Below the pieces are notes generated by a model, which saw only the letters and a list, made by a program, of their open reading frames with translations, made no database searches and was not told the origin of the DNA. From positions 1,366-62,690 of the forward strand of contig JAGWAQ010000002.1 of the NCBI GenBank assembly GCA_021296375.1: a stretch of 61,325 nucleotides of DNA. Reading direction: 5' to 3'. Made by a program: the position numbers and the translations under genes. The stretch's first letter is position 1, and each line of letters opens with the position of its first letter. Shown piece by piece: positions 57,471 through 61,325 of the stretch. The stretch comes from Alphaproteobacteria bacterium (GTDB lineage: Bacteria > Pseudomonadota > Alphaproteobacteria > Puniceispirillales > UBA1172).

Positions 57471-58289
57471 ATGACGGACCACCCCGACGACACAGCGCAT
57501 CAATCTTCCCCTGCGAAACCCGCTTCCGTAAAACCGGCCAAAAAGGAACGGCTGGATGTGCTGGTTCATGCCCGCGGGCTGGCCCCCAGCCGCGAAAAAG
57601 CCCAGGCGATGATCATCGCTGGCATGGTGCTGTCGGGGGATCAACGCCTGACCAAGCCCGGGGTGAAAATCGCCAGTGATGCCGAATTGCGCGTCAAGGG
57701 CAAGATGCATCCCTATGTTTCGCGCGGCGGGCTTAAGCTTGCGGCGGCGTTTGATCATTACGATGGCCTGATGGCAACGGGCTTTACGGCGATTGATGTT
57801 GGCGCCAGCACCGGCGGGTTCACCGATGTCATGCTGCGCCACGGCGCGGCGAAAGTTTTTGCGGTTGATGTCGGCCATGGCCAGCTCGACTGGGCCTTGC
57901 GGAGCGATGACCGCGTCGTGGTGATGGAGAAAACCAACGCCCGCTACCTGACGGCGGAAGATATCCCTGACGTGATCGATATGGTGGTCTGCGACGCGTC
58001 CTTCATCTCGCTCAAGAAAGTGCTGCCCGCCAGCATGGCGCTGGCGCGTGAAGGGGCGGTGCTGGCGGCGTTGATCAAGCCGCAATTTGAAGTCGGTCGT
58101 GCTGATGTTGGCAAGGGCGGGGTGGTGCGTGATCCGGCGCTTCATCAAGCGGTGCAGGATGATATTGCCGCCTGGCTGGCCGAAGACATGGGCTGGCAGG
58201 TGCGTGGCATCGTGCCGTCGCCCATCACCGGCCCTGAAGGCAATAAGGAATTTATTATTGTCGCGGATAAACCTGTGATCACGCCCTGA
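57471..58289 (+). CDS. tlyA: TlyA-family rRNA 2'-O-methyltransferase
   Basis: From ATG 57471: S4-like RLDVLVHARGLAPSREKAQ, and SAM motif IDVGASTGGFTDV. Confidence 0.85.
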   Translation: MTDHPDDTAHQSSPAKPASVKPAKKERLDVLVHARGLAPSREKAQAMIIAGMVLSGDQRLTKPGVKIASDAELRVKGKMHPYVSRGGLKLAAAFDHYDGLMATGFTAIDVGASTGGFTDVMLRHGAAKVFAVDVGHGQLDWALRSDDRVVVMEKTNARYLTAEDIPDVIDMVVCDASFISLKKVLPASMALAREGAVLAALIKPQFEVGRADVGKGGVVRDPALHQAVQDDIAAWLAEDMGWQVRGIVPSPITGPEGNKEFIIVADKPVITP

Positions 58290-58290
58290 T

Positions 58291-59388
58291 TCAGGAAGAG
58301 ATCGGCCCGCATTGCGCGTCGTGGCGCATCAACTGGTCGGCCAGCACAATCGCCATCATGGCTTCGCCAATCGGCACCGCGCGGATGCCCACGCAAGGGT
58401 CATGGCGGCCCTTGGTGATGACGTCTTTTTCCGCCCCGCTGTCATCAATTGATTGCCGCGGGGTGAGGATCGATGAGGTGGGCTTGACGACAAATCGCGC
58501 CACCACGTCCTGACCGCTGGAAATGCCGCCGAGAACGCCGCCGGCATGATTGCTGAGGAATACCGGCTTGCCGTCCTCCCCCATGCGCATTTCATCCCCG
58601 GCTTCGGTGCCGGGGATATGGGCAAGGTCAAAGCCACTGCCGATCTCAACACCTTTGACGGCATTGATCGACATCATGGCGGAGGCCAGTTCAGCATCAA
58701 GCTTGCCGTAAATCGGCCCCCCCAGCCCTGGCGGGACACCTTCGGCAACAACCTCGATCACCGCGCCAGCGGATGACCCCGCCTTGCGGGTGTCATCAAG
58801 AAACTCTTCCCAGACCGGCACGATTGCCGCATCAGGGCTGAAAAACGGGTTGCTGCGGGTGTTTTGCCAGTCGATGTTGTCGCGGTTGATCTTGTGGGGA
58901 CCGATTTGCACCACCGCCCCTTTGATCTTGAGGGATGAGCTGAACCGAGCTTCCAGCACTTTCATGGCGACCGCACCAGCGGCAACCCGTGAGGCGGTTT
59001 CCCGCGCCGATGACCGGCCGCCGCCGCGATAATCGCGAATGCCGTATTTTTCGATATAGGTGTAATCGGCATGGCCGGGGCGATAGGTGTTGGCGATCTC
59101 GCCATAATCTTTTGACCGCTGATCGGTGTTTTCGATCATCAGCATGACCGGCGTGCCGGTGGTCTTGCCGTTAAAGACCCCCGACAGAATCTTGACCTGA
59201 TCGGCTTCCTTGCGCTGGGTCACAAAGCGCGACGTGCCCGGCTTGCGGCGATCCAGATAAGGCTGGATATCCGCTTCGCTCAAATCGAGCAGGGGCGGCA
59301 CCCCATCAACGATACAGCCAATGGCAGGGCCATGACTTTCACCGAAGGTGGTGAAGCGGAATAAAGTGCCGAAACTGTTGTCAGCCAT
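58291..59388 (-). CDS. aroC: chorismate synthase
   Basis: [24 protein letters not shown] and GRHDPCV. Confidence 0.92.
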   Translation of the reverse strand: MADNSFGTLFRFTTFGESHGPAIGCIVDGVPPLLDLSEADIQPYLDRRKPGTSRFVTQRKEADQVKILSGVFNGKTTGTPVMLMIENTDQRSKDYGEIANTYRPGHADYTYIEKYGIRDYRGGGRSSARETASRVAAGAVAMKVLEARFSSSLKIKGAVVQIGPHKINRDNIDWQNTRSNPFFSPDAAIVPVWEEFLDDTRKAGSSAGAVIEVVAEGVPPGLGGPIYGKLDAELASAMMSINAVKGVEIGSGFDLAHIPGTEAGDEMRMGEDGKPVFLSNHAGGVLGGISSGQDVVARFVVKPTSSILTPRQSIDDSGAEKDVITKGRHDPCVGIRAVPIGEAMMAIVLADQLMRHDAQCGPISS

Positions 59389-59403
59389 GGGGCGGCCTTT
59401 CGG

Positions 59404-60216
59404 TTAGACGGTGGTGATGTCCGGGGCATCCACCGCTTTCATGCCAACAACGTGGTAGCCGCAATCAACATGGTGGGTTTCGCCGGATACGCCGCTCGAC
59501 AAATCAGACAGAAGATAGACCCCGGCGCCGCCAACATCATCAAGGGTGACGTTGCGCTTAAGGGGGGAGTTGTATTCGTTCCATTTCAGGATATAGCGGA
59601 AATCACCGATACCTGACGCCGCCAGGGTTTTCATCGGCCCTGCCGACAGGCTGTTGACGCGAATGTTGCGCGCCCCGAGGTCGACCGCAAGGTAGCGCAC
59701 GGAGGCTTCGAGGGCGGCTTTCGCGACCCCCATGACGTTGTAATGCGGCATGACGCGTTCCGCCCCGTAATAGGTCAGGGTCAGCATTGAGCCGCCATCG
59801 TTCATGATGGCCGCCGCCCGGCGCGCGATTGAGGTGAAGGAGAAGACAGAGATATCCATGGTGTTCATGAAATTCTCACGGCTGGTGTCCACATACTGGC
59901 CCTTCAGCTCTTCCTTGTCGGAATAGGCAATGGCATGGACCAGAAAATCGATCTTCCCCCAGGTTTTTTCAAGCTCCGCGAAAACAGCATCGACACTGGC
60001 TTCGTCGGTCACGTCACAGGGCAGAACCATTGAAGAGCCAATGCCCTCGGCGAGCGGACGAACCCGCTTTTCCAGCGCGTCACCCTGATAAGTAAAAGCC
60101 AGATCAGCACCAGCGGCGGCGGCGGCGGCGGCGATGCCCCAACCGATGGAACGGTCATTGGCGACCCCCATGATGAGCCCGCGCTTACCTTCAAGAATAG
60201 TGGATGTTGTGGCCAT
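59404..60216 (-). CDS. fabI: enoyl-ACP reductase (NADH), FabI
   Basis: GKRGLIMGVANDRSIGWGIA and the Tyr/Lys motif YYGAERVMPHYNVMGVAKAALE. Confidence 0.9.
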   Translation of the reverse strand: MATTSTILEGKRGLIMGVANDRSIGWGIAAAAAAAGADLAFTYQGDALEKRVRPLAEGIGSSMVLPCDVTDEASVDAVFAELEKTWGKIDFLVHAIAYSDKEELKGQYVDTSRENFMNTMDISVFSFTSIARRAAAIMNDGGSMLTLTYYGAERVMPHYNVMGVAKAALEASVRYLAVDLGARNIRVNSLSAGPMKTLAASGIGDFRYILKWNEYNSPLKRNVTLDDVGGAGVYLLSDLSSGVSGETHHVDCGYHVVGMKAVDAPDITTV

Positions 60217-60255
60217 AATACGCTTCCTTAATACGATTCCTTAATACGCTTCCTT
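60217..60255. repeat. 13-bp unit x3 immediately upstream of the fabI ATG; on the coding strand aaggaagcgtatt / aaggaatcgtatt / aaggaagcgtatt-ATG
   Basis: Direct reading. Each unit carries an AAGGA Shine-Dalgarno-like core. Confidence 0.9.
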
Positions 60256-60258
60256 CGG

Positions 60259-60314
60259 AAAAATCGACAATCAGTTGAACTAATCACCAGTTGACCTGAT
60301 CACCTGTTGAACTG
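60259..60314. repeat. 16-bp unit about x3.5 (tgatcaccNgttgaMc) in the fabI upstream region
   Basis: atcagttgaac / taatcaccagttgacc / tgatcacctgttgaac / tgatcaccaccc. Confidence 0.8.
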
Positions 60315-60459
60315 ATCACCACCCTTGTTCCGTGCTGCTGATCACAGAAAGTGGTTACAATTTACACGGGGAAACCGGCCACGGCAAGCGCGGCCCGTCC
60401 ACACCAGAGGGGGATTCGCAGAAAAGACGGGGCTTGCCCCCATCTCTTCTGGTGATTTT

Positions 60460-61017
60460 CTAGTCGAGGGAGTAGGTGGTCTTGCGGCGAATGCGAATTT
60501 CATCACCGGTGTCATAGATTTTCTTGGTCTTGAGGATGACTTCATCACCATCAACATCAATGGTCAGGCGGTAGCCCGTGACTTCTTCGACGCGCTCTTC
60601 GCGAACCGATTTCTGGATTTCACAGACATCCTGTTGACGATACCCGACAATCTTGCCTTCGGTTTTGGAATTCTTGGCATGTTCACGGCCAACAAGGGCG
60701 CCGGTGATGGCGCCAAATGTCCCGGCGCCTTTGGCGTCGGTGGCGGCGTTGCCAACGGCAGAACCGATAAGCCCGCCAATGATCAAGCCGCCAAGTTCAT
60801 CACCGCCTTGGCCTTCTTCGTAAATCGGCACTTCTTCAACGCGGCAGACTTTTTCCTCGATCGGGGTCTTGCGGACATAGGTGGTGGTCAAGGCTTCAAC
60901 GTCACTGACATTGCCAATGATGGTGCGCACCTTGGTTTGATCAGCGGCGGCGGTCTGGGTAAAAGCAACCGAAGCCGCCAGGCTGGCCAGGGTGGTGAGG
61001 GTTACGATAGTTTTCAT
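60460..61017 (-). CDS. secreted glycine-zipper (Gly-zipper_2TM / 17-kDa-antigen-like) protein
   Basis: From ATG 61017: signal peptide MKTIVTLTTLASLAASVAFTQTAAA. Central GGLIIGGLIGSAVGNA...GAGTFGAITGALVG glycine zipper. Confidence 0.65.
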   Translation of the reverse strand: MKTIVTLTTLASLAASVAFTQTAAADQTKVRTIIGNVSDVEALTTTYVRKTPIEEKVCRVEEVPIYEEGQGGDELGGLIIGGLIGSAVGNAATDAKGAGTFGAITGALVGREHAKNSKTEGKIVGYRQQDVCEIQKSVREERVEEVTGYRLTIDVDGDEVILKTKKIYDTGDEIRIRRKTTYSLD

Positions 61018-61325
61018 TTTGTGCTCCCGTAAGAGGCTGAAATTGTCATCACACATGGAATATCATAAAATGCGGTTGAAACCTAGATCATGCGGTTGTT
61101 AATCTTACAGTGGTTTTGTTTTTTGGCCAAATTATGGTGACAACAAGGCTGGCCCGATTGCCGCGCGGCCTGATCGCATTTTAATAAATGCGTGCGTTTT
61201 CAAAATGCCTGTGTTTTGAAAATGTCTGGGCTTTGCATAATGTCGCACCAAAACGTCGCACTTGGCAAACGGCGGTATTCACCCTAGGTTTGGTCAAGGG
61301 GATGGTGACATCACCACCCCCCATC

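Overview
This is a gene-dense, moderately GC-rich core-chromosome segment of an alphaproteobacterium. The assignment rests on synteny: coxB-ctaD-ctaB-ctaG-ctaE-DUF983-SURF1-thrC; an F0-only atpI-B-E-F'-F operon; thrB(type II)-rnhA; helicase-hslR-fdxA-carD-rpoH; xseB-ispA-dxs-tlyA. All calls come from reading the supplied ORF translations and the DNA by eye, with no database search.

About 65 protein genes are supportable, nearly all housekeeping. They cover aa3-type cytochrome oxidase and its assembly, ccmABCDE, the ATP synthase F0 sector, SMC, MutY, PurH, AcnB, Dxs/IspA/IspH, AroC and FabI. I recognised no rRNA, tRNA, CRISPR array, transposase, integrase or phage gene, and I see no obvious new defence-type island.

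The best candidate for an incompletely understood multi-gene system is the corrinoid methyl-transfer cluster at 35.8-41.0 kb. It encodes a corrinoid protein, a translationally coupled 104-aa protein of unknown role, an MTHFR-like reductase, a methyl-H4folate:corrinoid methyltransferase and a 2Fe-2S/ASKHA RACo-type reductive activase. It lacks any substrate-side methyltransferase.

Other notable points:
- An in-frame TAA replaces a conserved Tyr codon inside ctaD (5128-5130).
- rsmB appears to have lost its SAM-binding motif I in frame.
- Short perfect or near-perfect tandem duplications (9-17 bp units, 2-8 copies) are unusually frequent. They sit at gene boundaries and in a few coding regions, including two 5-copy arrays flanking acnB, a triplicated Shine-Dalgarno/spacer in front of fabI, and a duplicated start region creating a uORF in front of atpI.
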